From positions 224,001 through 288,000 of the IMG/VR virus record IMGVR_UViG_3300035208_004923: DNA of 64,000 nucleotides. The stretch is one strand, 5' to 3'. The DNA is from a virus. Taxonomy: Duplodnaviria > Caudoviricetes. Shown here piece after piece: positions 1-11,167 of this stretch. Every line of letters begins with the position of its first letter. Position 1 is the first letter of the stretch. The notes under the pieces were generated by a model. It ran no database searches and was not told the DNA's origin. It saw only the letters and a list, made by a program, of their open reading frames with translations. The position numbers were made by a program, and so were the translations under genes.

Positions 1-916
1 GAAATTTGAACAACATATCGTTAACATGTGACCATGATGATTTTAATGTTTGAATATCATTTTTCATATCAAAAGTTAAATTAATATGTGGAAACGTTTT
101 TTTGAACAATTCTGGGTTTTTATAGCAGTCAAGATATTTTTTATGGTCATCTAAAATTTTGTTTAATTTCGTGATGTCATTTTGATTTAATGTAGTTGTT
201 TGCGATAACGTATAAAGTGATGTAATTGAAAACTCAAGTACCTCTAAGATATCTTGTTTTTTCTTTTGATAATCTGCACCACCAAGAAATCTAAATTCGA
301 TATAATTAAGTGGTGCTTTTGTTAAGTTAACAGCATAATATTTTGTTGGCGCAACAGTAAATTGCGAATTAGCATTTGCAACACCGATGTCGAATATGCT
401 ATTGATTACCATGTTCTTTATTGATTTTGCATAAACAGAATCTTTTCTGTTTGGAAATCTTTTCCAAACAAATTCTTCATTAAATCCTAGGCAGAATTTA
501 ACTTTGTTCATGTGTGAAATTGGTGTTTGCATTTTAATTTTCCATGCATCGAATGATATGTTTAATTGTATTGCTGTTCTTTCAGTTGTCCATGCGTTTT
601 CATCAATCCATTTTAACACTTTAAGTAACACGATTTTCGCATCAGCAAAAGGCAATGGCCCAGTGATTAATTCTTTACAATCTTTACCGCCTGAAAAGTC
701 AGATTCAATTTTAAATAAATTAGCAGTTGTTGTTACTGGTGTATGATATTTTAATTCTGGCGAATTAAAGCTATCAACATTCATAGGAACAACAACTTTA
801 ATGCCTAATGTTTCAGTAAGACTACGTGCAACAATGAGAGGTTCTTCCTTTGTTAAAAATTCAAACTCGAATCCAATTTTTGAACTATTTAGTATTTCGT
901 CTTCTGTATATTTCAT
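1..916 (-). CDS. Putative amidoligase (COOH-NH2 ligase type), runs off the window
   Basis: Not in ORF track. Manual translation from ATG 916: MKYTEDEILNSSKIGFEFEF...ELITGPL...KYYAVN...YIEFR, motifs typical of phage amidoligase enzymes. Confidence 0.7.
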   Translation of the reverse strand, partial: MKYTEDEILNSSKIGFEFEFLTKEEPLIVARSLTETLGIKVVVPMNVDSFNSPELKYHTPVTTTANLFKIESDFSGGKDCKELITGPLPFADAKIVLLKVLKWIDENAWTTERTAIQLNISFDAWKIKMQTPISHMNKVKFCLGFNEEFVWKRFPNRKDSVYAKSIKNMVINSIFDIGVANANSQFTVAPTKYYAVNLTKAPLNYIEFRFLGGADYQKKKQDILEVLEFSITSLYTLSQTTTLNQNDITKLNKILDDHKKYLDCYKNPELFKKTFPHINLTFDMKNDIQTLKSSWSHVNDMLFKF

Positions 917-1000
917 AAACTATTTATATTTTATTTATATATTCAAAACTAAAAAAGACCGTATCAAAATACGGTCTTTCAATGTATTGCAAAATTTGAA

Positions 1001-2128
1001 TTATTTTGATTCTGTTTCCTCTGTGAAGAAGATTTTGTCTTCTTTAATTTCAGTTATCTTAACAACAATGATTTCGCCCATTTCGTAAGTTCGTTTAACA
1101 TTGTTTTTACCGATAAGACCGGATTCGCCAGATTTTAATCTAACGAATACGCCGTAATCTTTGATACCTGTTACTTTTCCTTTGTGAATTTCATCAACTT
1201 TAATTGAATCTTCCTCTGAACCTGGTTCAAAATTAGTAAGAACTAAACGATTGTCTTTGTCGATTTCTCTAACCCATGTCACTAGTTCAGAACCACTTTT
1301 TATTTGTCTGTTATCAAATTTTTCGCGAACATCAGATGTCATTTTTGATGTATGTAATAAACCAGTGAATTGCCCATAGAATTCAACAAATACGCCATGT
1401 TTACTGCAACCTGTTACAATTCCTGTGTGCTGTACTGTCCAGTCATGTTTATCAAGTAACGATGGTAATACATGTTCAAGATATTTTTTATGACTTACAA
1501 TAAATGTATTAATGTCACTTAAATAATCTTCAATCATTACTTTTACGTTTTGACCGATATATTCATCGAAATTTACAATTTTGTTTGCTGCCGCTAGACC
1601 GCCTGGAAGGAATGCCTGGACACCGCATACATCAACAATAAATCCACCTTGATTTTTGCCTATTACTTTTGCTTCGAATGCACTTGTAGGTTTTTTCAAT
1701 TGTTCTCTAAAATCATCTTTTACTTTTTCTGCATATCCTGCAAGTAAAGAAGCACGAAGATTTGGTGTTGATTGTAAAACTAAGATTTGGTGTTTGCTGT
1801 CGATGAACGATTGCTTTCCTTCTTTTGAAGTTATCCACGCCATGAAACTTTTATGGTCACAATCGTGAAGTTCTAAGAATCGCTTTTCTTTCTTTATATC
1901 AATTGGGATATTGATAGAGTTGTTTACTTCGAAAAAGATTTCGTTTTTTTGTGTTCCCGCAATTCCTGTGATTTTAACAAGTTCGCCTGCACTAAGATCT
2001 TTTTTGATGAATGATGACTCGCTACGACAGCAGTATAATTTATAAAGGTCTGTTGCATAATCTTCTTGGCAGAAAATTCTGTCGTCATTGTTGATTTTTT
2101 TAACTGATAAGTTTTCGGTTAAACGCAT
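1001..2128 (-). CDS. Ribosomal protein S1-like RNA-binding protein (three S1 domains)
   Basis: Repeated S1 motifs GGFIVDVCGVQAFLPG, HGVFVEFYGQFTGLLHTS, GKVTGIKDYGVFVRLKSGESGLI. Confidence 0.8.
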   Translation of the reverse strand: MRLTENLSVKKINNDDRIFCQEDYATDLYKLYCCRSESSFIKKDLSAGELVKITGIAGTQKNEIFFEVNNSINIPIDIKKEKRFLELHDCDHKSFMAWITSKEGKQSFIDSKHQILVLQSTPNLRASLLAGYAEKVKDDFREQLKKPTSAFEAKVIGKNQGGFIVDVCGVQAFLPGGLAAANKIVNFDEYIGQNVKVMIEDYLSDINTFIVSHKKYLEHVLPSLLDKHDWTVQHTGIVTGCSKHGVFVEFYGQFTGLLHTSKMTSDVREKFDNRQIKSGSELVTWVREIDKDNRLVLTNFEPGSEEDSIKVDEIHKGKVTGIKDYGVFVRLKSGESGLIGKNNVKRTYEMGEIIVVKITEIKEDKIFFTEETESK

Positions 2129-2194
2129 TTTTTTAGGTTTGTGTGTTAGTACTAAATTAATCTATAATCTATATTATATTTTTATATATTCTTT

Positions 2195-3691
2195 TTATTT
2201 CTTCACTTTTTTGATGCCAACATTTTTGTCACCAATTACATCATTTTTTCCTAATAATGTTTTTTGATTGTTAGTAAGTATTGCATTCCCTTTTGCATCT
2301 TTAACAAAATCTTCACCTAACGTAGGATCTGTTGTTAATACGATTTTATTTGTTGTCTTTACTATTTTTGCAATTTCAACTTTGTATTTCTTATTAAGTG
2401 TTCCATGTGTAAATTCGATAAAATCACCTTTAGCATATAAAGTACTTATATCTGCAATTTCCCCATTATCTAAAACAGGATTTATTACTAATGTTTTTGT
2501 TTTGTAATCATAAGAGACTGATGGCAATGGTGGCGGTGCCGCAAGTGCGCTTGCGTCTGATTGTGTCATGGTTTTTTTACCTGATTCTCCAATTATAGGA
2601 TACATGAACATTGTTATCATTTGCGGTATGTCTGTTATGAAACAGAAAAACCATTTGATAACACAAACTATCATTTTAACAAATCCCATAAGTAACCCAA
2701 GTACTTCTTTGTACGTTTTACCTGCTGCTGTTTTTGTGTTAGCTAACCATTTACAAAATTTTTTACCATTAAGTGTTAAAATATTTTTAATTAAGTATGC
2801 AACTGCAGCAGCAATAGTTTCGGCCATTTCGATATCTGCATCTGGCGGCATAAAATCATGCATAAGCGATATGAGTATTGGAGAAATGATGCTACCCAGC
2901 ATATTCATTATAAATTTTCCAGGGTTTGACAATAATTCTGACATTTTAGCAACACCTTTGAATATGTTAGTAACTAATCCTTTAACAAGTGTGATTACTG
3001 CACATATTAATCCTTGCGCCAATTTGATAGGAAAGAAAATAAAAGACATGATTTTTATTATTGGCGTAAGTTCAATCATTTCTTCTAAATTTGCATTGAT
3101 TGGAATTTTCCATAATTGCAAAACATTTTCCACGTATGAACGGCCAACAATTGAACTTACGGCTTCAGTTGCACTAAAATCAATTCCTAAATCTTTTAAT
3201 TTTTTAGGAATCATTATTTTACCTTCTTTTAAATATTGTGGAAAGCAACGAATTACATCTATGATGGTTAATCTTCCCATTAACAAATCAAGCAGTATTT
3301 CAATACTCGGAAGAATTACTAATAAGTTATCAATTAAAGGACCTGCAACTTCGCATATCAATGCTTTAAGTAATTTTTCAACACCTGCTAAATCGGCTAA
3401 ACCAGAAACTAAACTTGCTACTTGTTTGAGAAATTCAGCTGGTGCTTTTATACCTTTTTTTAAAGATTTTACTATTACTTGAATTAATGCAATCATCGGT
3501 TTCCATGAAGCAATTAAACTTGCTTCTAAACTGCGTACAATAGATTCTAACAATGCGCCAATTCCAGGTTCGCCTACTGTAATTTTAGGCAAAATAAGAC
3601 CTGCTTCAGTCATACAACATTGAATATCATCAATTATTGTTTGCAATGAAGGGTCACTTATTATATGTACATCTAAATTTAATATTGCCAT
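2195..3691 (-). CDS. Hydrophobic helical protein in baseplate operon, probable virion protein
   Basis: 498 aa, coupled downstream of gp5-like gene, long amphipathic/hydrophobic helices. Confidence 0.4.
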   Translation of the reverse strand: MAILNLDVHIISDPSLQTIIDDIQCCMTEAGLILPKITVGEPGIGALLESIVRSLEASLIASWKPMIALIQVIVKSLKKGIKAPAEFLKQVASLVSGLADLAGVEKLLKALICEVAGPLIDNLLVILPSIEILLDLLMGRLTIIDVIRCFPQYLKEGKIMIPKKLKDLGIDFSATEAVSSIVGRSYVENVLQLWKIPINANLEEMIELTPIIKIMSFIFFPIKLAQGLICAVITLVKGLVTNIFKGVAKMSELLSNPGKFIMNMLGSIISPILISLMHDFMPPDADIEMAETIAAAVAYLIKNILTLNGKKFCKWLANTKTAAGKTYKEVLGLLMGFVKMIVCVIKWFFCFITDIPQMITMFMYPIIGESGKKTMTQSDASALAAPPPLPSVSYDYKTKTLVINPVLDNGEIADISTLYAKGDFIEFTHGTLNKKYKVEIAKIVKTTNKIVLTTDPTLGEDFVKDAKGNAILTNNQKTLLGKNDVIGDKNVGIKKVKK

Positions 3692-3693
3692 TT

Positions 3694-4473
3694 TTAATCT
3701 GCTGCTTTTTGTGTAAATGATAATTCGCTAATATCACAAATAAATCCGTTTGCTTTTGCTGGTCCTGTAGGTGCACCTAAATTTCCTATATGAAAATGAT
3801 TATCGAACATCGGTTTAAATAATGTACCTAATACTAGTGCTTGTTCTGCATTTGCACCTAACCGTATTTTCTTGTGTGCTGTTACTGTTAAATTTTGGCA
3901 TTCAACATTAACATCCTTACCAGTTGTTACATTTATATTGTCGCTTGTTTTGATATTAAGTTCACCGCCATTTGTTAATTCGATTGAATCACCATTTGGA
4001 TTATTTATAAAAATGTTATTATTATTTAGAACATTAATTAATGTTCCTTTTAATTTAAGAACTAAACCTTGATTTTGAGTATAAAGAATTCTCAAATCTT
4101 CATCTTCATCAAAACATATAACGTGGGCATTTACATAATCATTAGAAATTTCATTTCTAATAGTCTCATTGATATTTTGAACTGCAAAATATTCACCTGC
4201 ATATATGTCACCATTATTAAACTTAACTTTTACAATTGTGCCTTTCTTTGGAACGTCGAATGAACCAAATCCGCCTTTTGCACTTGAAAATCCTGATGAA
4301 TACGCAGGAAATGCCCATGGCAAAAGATCATCTTCAATATCATTAAACAAGCCGTAGACCCGAATTTTACATCTAAGCATTTTTAATGAATCTTCAACAT
4401 TTACAATTTCTCCAAGCCATTCTCTACTCGCAATATCACGAGTAAACATTTTCTTTTTATCGTCTGCATTCAT
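3694..4473 (-). CDS. Baseplate central spike (gp5/gpV-like, OB-fold plus beta-helix, no lysozyme)
   Basis: WLGEIVNVED..RCKIRVYG..LPWAFP..VPKKGTIVKVKF gp5 OB-fold; C-terminal HFH motif as in gpV-type spikes. Confidence 0.8.
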   Translation of the reverse strand: MNADDKKKMFTRDIASREWLGEIVNVEDSLKMLRCKIRVYGLFNDIEDDLLPWAFPAYSSGFSSAKGGFGSFDVPKKGTIVKVKFNNGDIYAGEYFAVQNINETIRNEISNDYVNAHVICFDEDEDLRILYTQNQGLVLKLKGTLINVLNNNNIFINNPNGDSIELTNGGELNIKTSDNINVTTGKDVNVECQNLTVTAHKKIRLGANAEQALVLGTLFKPMFDNHFHIGNLGAPTGPAKANGFICDISELSFTQKAAD

Positions 4474-4474
4474 A

Positions 4475-5971
4475 TTAATCGAATATATTTCCTAAGTTTG
4501 TGTATACTGGCATGTCTGGCACAATTAATCCAACATTTGCAGGCGTAACTGCTGATGTATTTATAATTGGTTCAATAACCATATCATCATGCGGTACATT
4601 TGTATGTCCATCAGGACCTGGGTTGGCAACTGATTCGTTTGCTCCCAAATCTTGTGATAATCCTGGGTTACTATTAACAATGCTAAATTCAATTTGTTTT
4701 GCAAGTGTTTGTCTTGCAGTTTCCATTCGGCCATTTGCATCTTTTGTTATGTTTTCTCCGTTAAATGATTTTCCAAGAAATATTGATTCGACAAATCTAT
4801 CAAGTGCTTCACCTGCAACTGTGCTTGCAACTGATTTCAATCTATCTTTCAAGAAATTCGTGTTACTTGAATTGTGTGTAATGTCTTTTGTAATATCTTC
4901 AGTGCCCATCATAACAGATTTCATGCCATCTGGCCAAATTTCATCAATTGCTTTTTGTTGCAAATCTCGTAAACTTACATCTTGTAAATATATGTTGGAT
5001 AAACGATAATCATTAGCTTCACGTATTCTGCCTACATTAAATGAAATTGAATTTGAGATATTTTCACCAGGATCTGCCATACTTATACTTGACATATAAG
5101 GATGCGCTCTATTTAAAAAATCAAATTCACACATATCTAAAGTAATTACATGCATAGGTAAAAAAGTATTTTGCATTGAAGGCAAAATCATATCTTCCGA
5201 TATATTTGATGAACCATCAGGATGAATTAAATTACCAACTCTATTTATAATGTCACCACCTTTTTTTATCATATTATTTACGCTATTTACAACTGCTGAT
5301 TGTTTTGCCATTTGTTGTAACGCGGTTCCATTTATGTTACTTCCTAATTGTGGTGTATCTGCGGGCGGCGGAACGGAATTTGCTCCTTGTATACTTAATT
5401 GAAAATCTCTAATTTCTGCAATAACAATTTCAACTTTAAACCAACGCATGTTTTCAGGAAGCATCCATCTTGAATAAATTGGATCCCATGCAGCTTTTCT
5501 ATAAAGGTCAATAAGCATTGAAACTCGCATATCAATACTTTCTAATGTTTCAATTGTTATTTTGCCATCAGGTCCAGGTCGCCATGCTTTTGTTGGGTCA
5601 ATTTTTTGTAATGAATCAAGTCCAGATATTGATTGGAAATACCAAGGAGTATCTTCTTGCAAACTTTTAAGTGTTGCAATAAAAGATTTTAAATGCGCTG
5701 CTCTTTGTTGTTCATTTATATTCATCAAATATTGATACGCTGATGATCTATCCTTTGGGTCCATTAATAAAGCATTCGGCAAATTGTCAAAATCATACAA
5801 ATTTTCTTTTTCTAAAAAATCGAATCTTATTCTGAAACCAACAATTGAAGGATCTTGAAAATCATACGGACTATAAGACAACCCATCAATTGATGTTGAT
5901 GGTTTTGCATCATACTGTGTGTCTGAATCAAGAAACGCTCTTCTGTATTTGTGTCTATAAACTGTTGACAT
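4475..5971 (-). CDS. Probable tail/baseplate structural protein
   Basis: Position within baseplate operon; tube-like segments PWYFQSISGL, ITIETLESIDMR. Confidence 0.45.
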   Translation of the reverse strand: MSTVYRHKYRRAFLDSDTQYDAKPSTSIDGLSYSPYDFQDPSIVGFRIRFDFLEKENLYDFDNLPNALLMDPKDRSSAYQYLMNINEQQRAAHLKSFIATLKSLQEDTPWYFQSISGLDSLQKIDPTKAWRPGPDGKITIETLESIDMRVSMLIDLYRKAAWDPIYSRWMLPENMRWFKVEIVIAEIRDFQLSIQGANSVPPPADTPQLGSNINGTALQQMAKQSAVVNSVNNMIKKGGDIINRVGNLIHPDGSSNISEDMILPSMQNTFLPMHVITLDMCEFDFLNRAHPYMSSISMADPGENISNSISFNVGRIREANDYRLSNIYLQDVSLRDLQQKAIDEIWPDGMKSVMMGTEDITKDITHNSSNTNFLKDRLKSVASTVAGEALDRFVESIFLGKSFNGENITKDANGRMETARQTLAKQIEFSIVNSNPGLSQDLGANESVANPGPDGHTNVPHDDMVIEPIINTSAVTPANVGLIVPDMPVYTNLGNIFD

Positions 5972-5984
5972 TATTTTTATTTTT

Positions 5985-7439
5985 TTATACGCCTGTTAAC
6001 GATGGCCATTCTCTTCTTGTAAGAATAAATGTTTGTGTTATATTGCTATTTGTATTTTCAATAGATCTTGGCGTTAATTTGTAATTTATCGTATATCCTT
6101 TTATTGCATACATGCCAGTGTATAACTTATCAATTACAACTCTGCCTTCTCTGTTTTCTAACGACGGATCTTTTATCAAATCATCATCAACTTTATTTGC
6201 TCTTTGCTCATCAGATAGTATTGCCATAATAACTGGCATTTTTTCAAATCTAACAAAGTTCAAATTCATTTTCGGAGTAGTGACACTAAGATTCATTTTA
6301 TCAATTTCAGCAAGATTCATCATGTTATGAGCCTTTGCTAAGTAATAATGTTCATGCACATTGTGGTCAGGTGCAGAATATTGAATTCCTAAGTAATTAA
6401 ATCGTTGTTGCGATTTGTAAAATTCCTCTTTTGGCCTGCCTTTTAATAATACTTTTGTTTTCTCATTACCTTCTGTAACTAATGGGGTAATCGGAAATTC
6501 CCAATTCTTTAAACTATTATGTTCAAAAAAATTTAAGTTATATGTATATCCATAATTTTTTGCAATTTCAGAACTTTTATTTAATGGCTTAAACGTTTGA
6601 ATATAAAATGATGTTGTGATAAAACTCGGATGATTCGACAAAAGTTTTTGTAATCCTTCTGTTGTATGCGGCAATGTATCATTGTAACTAGAGAATACAT
6701 TATCAGACATACCAAGTAGCGCACCAGTTTCATCACCAAATTGTGTATTCACATTTATAAAATTCAAGTGATAATAAACATCAATGAATGCAGTGAAAAA
6801 ACATTTTTCATCTTGCCATGCGCAATCAACAATTTTTTTGATATATTCTTCCTTTGTTTCGTTAGGGCAAATCCATGTCATACTATCATTTGTAGATGAA
6901 ATGTTAGATGCAAATCCTAATTTTAATTCTGTTGCAATTTCTTTTAAAACTTCAAATGATGTTCCTTTTTTTGCAAACGATTTTTCATCGTATAAACCTG
7001 GAATATGTAATTTACCTTGTAAAAATAATTTACCACCTGCACCATCTGGTGTGTCAGATTTAGTCATTTCTATACTAGTAATCAAATAATCATTTCTAAT
7101 TGGCTTGAATATATCGTCACGTCCTCGTATGAACACACTTAACAAATCGCCGTCTGTTGGAAATGCAGTTGATAAAAACGCGCCAGATGCACCTAAGTCA
7201 ATACGCATACTTACAGTAGGAATAAATTGTGTAGTATCAATTTCAAAAGATACAATTTCTTTTACTCCAAATTCGTGTTCTTTAATAACAACATACGGGC
7301 AATCAACTGTAACTGCTTCTAATGATCTATTTGCTTTTGGAACATCGCCATTTGAGCCATATTGTGTGTCTATAACTTTTAATTCATCTAAAGTCAATGT
7401 AGGTTCACTTAATGAACGAATTATTGATTTGCTATCCAT
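5985..7439 (-). CDS. Baseplate hub protein (gp27-like)
   Basis: Between gp53-like and gp5-like genes; TSFEVLKEIATELKLGF and FIDVYYHLNFINV hub-like segments. Confidence 0.55.
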   Translation of the reverse strand: MDSKSIIRSLSEPTLTLDELKVIDTQYGSNGDVPKANRSLEAVTVDCPYVVIKEHEFGVKEIVSFEIDTTQFIPTVSMRIDLGASGAFLSTAFPTDGDLLSVFIRGRDDIFKPIRNDYLITSIEMTKSDTPDGAGGKLFLQGKLHIPGLYDEKSFAKKGTSFEVLKEIATELKLGFASNISSTNDSMTWICPNETKEEYIKKIVDCAWQDEKCFFTAFIDVYYHLNFINVNTQFGDETGALLGMSDNVFSSYNDTLPHTTEGLQKLLSNHPSFITTSFYIQTFKPLNKSSEIAKNYGYTYNLNFFEHNSLKNWEFPITPLVTEGNEKTKVLLKGRPKEEFYKSQQRFNYLGIQYSAPDHNVHEHYYLAKAHNMMNLAEIDKMNLSVTTPKMNLNFVRFEKMPVIMAILSDEQRANKVDDDLIKDPSLENREGRVVIDKLYTGMYAIKGYTINYKLTPRSIENTNSNITQTFILTRREWPSLTGV

Positions 7440-8005
7440 TAGCTTCTTAATTTATTTAATAAATTTTGATTTGACGTTAACGTTTCGGTTTGTGTTATTT
7501 TACGCGTAACATTTGGTCCAAAATATATAACGCCATCTTTAATTATCATTTCTTTGTCACCTTCTTTTGAATAGTTTGGTGGCAAAGCAGTTTTTTCTCT
7601 TTGTTTGTAATCATTAAGCGCAGTATTCATTGCAGATGTGTCAGGTGCTTTCGTAGCATCAATGTATTGTTTTCTTATTGCTTTACGAACATCTTCAATT
7701 ATTCCTGCCGATTTGAATACTTCTTTTGCAGTTGTCATTTCTGGCACCAGAAAAGATTCGCCAGCATTTATCGCAAACGGATTAGAAACTTCATTCGATT
7801 TCAATAAATCTTCAGCTCTATAGATGTTTCCGAATGCAACGGTCGCAAGTAAATCAGGACGCATTGCTTGCATTTCTGTTGTCATAATCATATCAACAAA
7901 CTCAAATTCTAGACGATTCATTGATGATGCTGTCATATCAATTATTTCATTGCCTTTTCCGTCAATGACATGAGGTTTAGCATCTAATACTTTTGGAAAT
8001 TTCAT
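7439..8005 (-). CDS. Baseplate wedge protein (gp53/LysM-like)
   Basis: RPDLLA..AFG...LLKSNEVSNPFAINAGESFLVP. Confidence 0.7.
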   Translation of the reverse strand: MKFPKVLDAKPHVIDGKGNEIIDMTASSMNRLEFEFVDMIMTTEMQAMRPDLLATVAFGNIYRAEDLLKSNEVSNPFAINAGESFLVPEMTTAKEVFKSAGIIEDVRKAIRKQYIDATKAPDTSAMNTALNDYKQREKTALPPNYSKEGDKEMIIKDGVIYFGPNVTRKITQTETLTSNQNLLNKLRS

Positions 8006-8012
8006 ATTACTT

Positions 8013-10121
8013 TTATTTATTTACTTGTACAGGTCCACTTCCTTTGTTTGCTGCATCATTTACTGTTTTGTTGAAATATCCTAATTCTCGTTTGATTGAT
8101 AATGCAACAGAATCAATATTTCCTTGGTTATATGTTTTGCCACCATTTTTTATATACCAATCATAATCCTTATCTTTAAAGCTTGGTGCTTTATGTTCAA
8201 CAGGTTTACCACCAGCAGTTGCGCCTGCAACATAATCAACGTATGGATTTCTTCCTTTACCTGTTTTTGAATCGACTGCTGTTTCATGTGCTGCAGCAGT
8301 ATCGCCAACACCTGTAGGCAATGTATATATTCGTCCTCGTCCTCTATTAAACATGGATTCAACACCTGCTCTATCTAATGACATTCCGTGATCCAATGTA
8401 ACAGTAACTGTCATTTCAGTTGGGAAATCATCAGGTCCAAGTTCTTCACCAAATGAAAACGAGCATCCTGTACAAATTAAATTTCCTATCATCATCGTAG
8501 GATTTAACGGATTTCCTATAACTAAATGCCATTCACCAACAGGCTCACCTGTTAATAACGAACGATATCCGTGAAATAACGGTACAGATCCACCTTTTCT
8601 AACCAATTCGACCATACCTGTTTTTGCAAGATTTTTTAATGCGCCGATAGGGTCACTCATTGCGCTATCAAAAAGTTTTGATAAATTTGTAACTGATGTA
8701 CTTATTGATTCTGTAATTGCGCCATAAAATGCAACAGGATCTCCTTTGTACCAAGCAGCCATACCTTTTTTCCATGGGAATCCTTGCATTTGACCTCTGA
8801 ATCTTCGTGCACCTCCCCAGAACGAACCTGTGCCATACGATAACAATAAAAAGTTTGCAATTATGTCAAGCATAGCAGCTTTAGTATTTATTCCGCCTAT
8901 TGAGTTTGCGCTATAATGGAACTTTAAAGATATTGATTGACTGAAATCTAAACCTGGCTTTCTTCTTTTAACACTGTCAATTCTATTAACAGGTCCTTGT
9001 ATTCTGTTTGCATACGGACCTTCAGCATATGGGTCAGGTGGAGTTTGTCCATCATGTAAACGGCCCGCTCTTGTTGATTCACCTGAAAGCACAGATAATG
9101 TTTTTCCCATACCTGCCAAAAACCCACCAGGTAAATTACTAGCATCACCTCTTTGTTCTGTTAAGTCATCAACTTGCGCTTGTAAATCGTCCCATGGTAA
9201 TTTTACAGTAAATGACATTAATGAATCCATAGTATTGCCAGTTTCATTGCCTAACCATGTTACTGCTTGAGCAATTGGCAAAAACTTGCTGTTTAATTTT
9301 TCAGGCTTTGGATTTGTTTTGCCTGATTTGTCAGGTTCTGGTCCAAAATCAGGAAATTCTAATGAACCGTACGTTGGCACAGCGTATCGTCGTAATGTGA
9401 TAAGTCGATTGTTTGGCACTTTTCTCCAATATTTGCAAAAAGCAAAATCTGAATAATAGTAAGGTGTTCTTCCTGCCGGGTCGATTTGGCCGTATGCAAT
9501 AAGAGCAGATGTTGTAGGTTCTTTTGATGCATTCTTCATATTAAGATGCGGCCCATCGTTTACAACAATATTATCGGTTTCGTACCATCTTCTTTCGCCT
9601 TCAACATCAAAGTATAATTTTTTATCATCCTTTGTTGCGCCAGGACCAGACAATGTCAAATAAGCATACCAGTTATTTATAGCAGGTACACCAGTTGTAG
9701 TATCATCATTAGGGTCCATTTTTTCTTTTGCACTTTTATCATACCCACCTTCATTTGTTGTTTGAATTTCTTCTGGGTTAAGTGCATATACTGAATCTGC
9801 ATAAGGATTACCTTTTCTTGGTTTTGCAAGTCTAGGGTCGAATGCAATTCGTGAATCGTTTTTTGGCGGTTTTGCAAGATCATCATTTTGTTGAACAACA
9901 TCAGCAGGTTTTTGTGGAACTGGACGAGATGGAAAACCGACATATCCTTTAGCACCGCCTTCAATCAATTTCCATGTCATGTTTTTTGATTGCGTTGTAT
10001 GTTCCTCAGTTGTAACAGGCTGTCCATCTACAGTATCACTACCGTCAATAATTTGCACGATTTTGATATTGAAAGAATCGCCTTTCTCACCTTCGTAATA
10101 ATGTGTGTATGAATTTGCCAT
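8013..10121 (-). CDS. Probable baseplate/tail-tube initiator protein
   Basis: First gene of baseplate operon; GEWHLVIGNPLNPTMMIGNLIC..GPDDFPTEMTVTVTL tube-like C-terminus. Confidence 0.5.
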   Translation of the reverse strand: MANSYTHYYEGEKGDSFNIKIVQIIDGSDTVDGQPVTTEEHTTQSKNMTWKLIEGGAKGYVGFPSRPVPQKPADVVQQNDDLAKPPKNDSRIAFDPRLAKPRKGNPYADSVYALNPEEIQTTNEGGYDKSAKEKMDPNDDTTTGVPAINNWYAYLTLSGPGATKDDKKLYFDVEGERRWYETDNIVVNDGPHLNMKNASKEPTTSALIAYGQIDPAGRTPYYYSDFAFCKYWRKVPNNRLITLRRYAVPTYGSLEFPDFGPEPDKSGKTNPKPEKLNSKFLPIAQAVTWLGNETGNTMDSLMSFTVKLPWDDLQAQVDDLTEQRGDASNLPGGFLAGMGKTLSVLSGESTRAGRLHDGQTPPDPYAEGPYANRIQGPVNRIDSVKRRKPGLDFSQSISLKFHYSANSIGGINTKAAMLDIIANFLLLSYGTGSFWGGARRFRGQMQGFPWKKGMAAWYKGDPVAFYGAITESISTSVTNLSKLFDSAMSDPIGALKNLAKTGMVELVRKGGSVPLFHGYRSLLTGEPVGEWHLVIGNPLNPTMMIGNLICTGCSFSFGEELGPDDFPTEMTVTVTLDHGMSLDRAGVESMFNRGRGRIYTLPTGVGDTAAAHETAVDSKTGKGRNPYVDYVAGATAGGKPVEHKAPSFKDKDYDWYIKNGGKTYNQGNIDSVALSIKRELGYFNKTVNDAANKGSGPVQVNK

Positions 10122-10304
10122 TAATGATATCTTATTTATTTTATATATTTATAAGAATTCATCAGCTGATTTGTAGGAAAAAACTTATCATAAAAAGATC
10201 TTTCATTTTTGATATAGTTGTATATTCAAATGAAAAAAAAGTCAATCTAATGGCTATAGATTGACTTTTTATGAATAGATAAGTTTGGGTGAGTATCTTT
10301 GTAA

Positions 10305-10751
10305 TTATCGGTTGTTTATCCAATAGTACATTGGATTTTTAATCGTATCGCATTGCATGATTCTAACGCGTTTTGTTTTCGGATATAGAATGATTTCGTC
10401 GAATAGCGGATAAACATCTTTGTTTGAATTTTCTTCATCGTCTATAAAAATAAATTTATCAATTGACTCTGTATCATTGATGTATTCTTTCAAATTCTCA
10501 ATCTTTTCGATAGTCAATTCAGTATTTATATAAATGATATTGAAAAATTTCTTTTTTGCAATAGATTCTCGTAAGATGCTTTGAATTTCGTTATTCACAA
10601 TGAATTGCGAATATTCATTCATAGATTCACTATTATAGTTAAAAGATTTTATTATATCTTGAACATTAATAACAGAAAATGAACGAAAATTTAAAAACGA
10701 ATTTTTAACTTTTTCATAATCTGCATTAGTTACGTAAAGTTTCATTTGCAT
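10305..10751 (-). CDS. Hypothetical protein
   Basis: 148-aa ORF in operon. Confidence 0.6.
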   Translation of the reverse strand: MQMKLYVTNADYEKVKNSFLNFRSFSVINVQDIIKSFNYNSESMNEYSQFIVNNEIQSILRESIAKKKFFNIIYINTELTIEKIENLKEYINDTESIDKFIFIDDEENSNKDVYPLFDEIILYPKTKRVRIMQCDTIKNPMYYWINNR

Positions 10752-10771
10752 ACGGTAATCTTTAATTTTGA

Positions 10772-11167
10772 TTATTTATTTGCCTTTTTTTCTGCAAGTA
10801 TTTGATTCTGTTTTTCGATTTTAGCCGCTTGTTTTTCTAAACGTTTTCGTTCAATTTCGTAATTGTGTAACACAAAAGCTTTTGCTTCTTCATATGTTTT
10901 TCCTTTACGTATAAAATTACCTTTATGGTCAACAACATCGGCCATAAGTTCTCTTAATATCTTTGCTTCTTTTTCAACAGCTTGTTTGTCTTGTTCGTTT
11001 ATTACGCTTTCTTTGAATTGCAAATTAAGCTGTTTGCCCATTTCCATTCTTCTTTGCTGAAATTCTGCACGTTCCTTTGGATCTGTTGGCTTTACAAGAT
11101 TGAAAGTTTTTTCTAATTGTTTTCTTTCTCTTCTGCTGTAATGTTTTTTTGCTGTTGCTGTTGACAT
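10772..11167 (-). CDS. Hypothetical basic coiled-coil protein
   Basis: 131-aa ORF, K/E-rich. Confidence 0.6.
   Translation of the reverse strand: MSTATAKKHYSRRERKQLEKTFNLVKPTDPKERAEFQQRRMEMGKQLNLQFKESVINEQDKQAVEKEAKILRELMADVVDHKGNFIRKGKTYEEAKAFVLHNYEIERKRLEKQAAKIEKQNQILAEKKANK

Noticed and set aside
2268-7823. Plus-strand ORFs such as 2568..3482 and 4500..5009
   Set aside because: Antisense shadows of real minus-strand genes with no recognisable motifs
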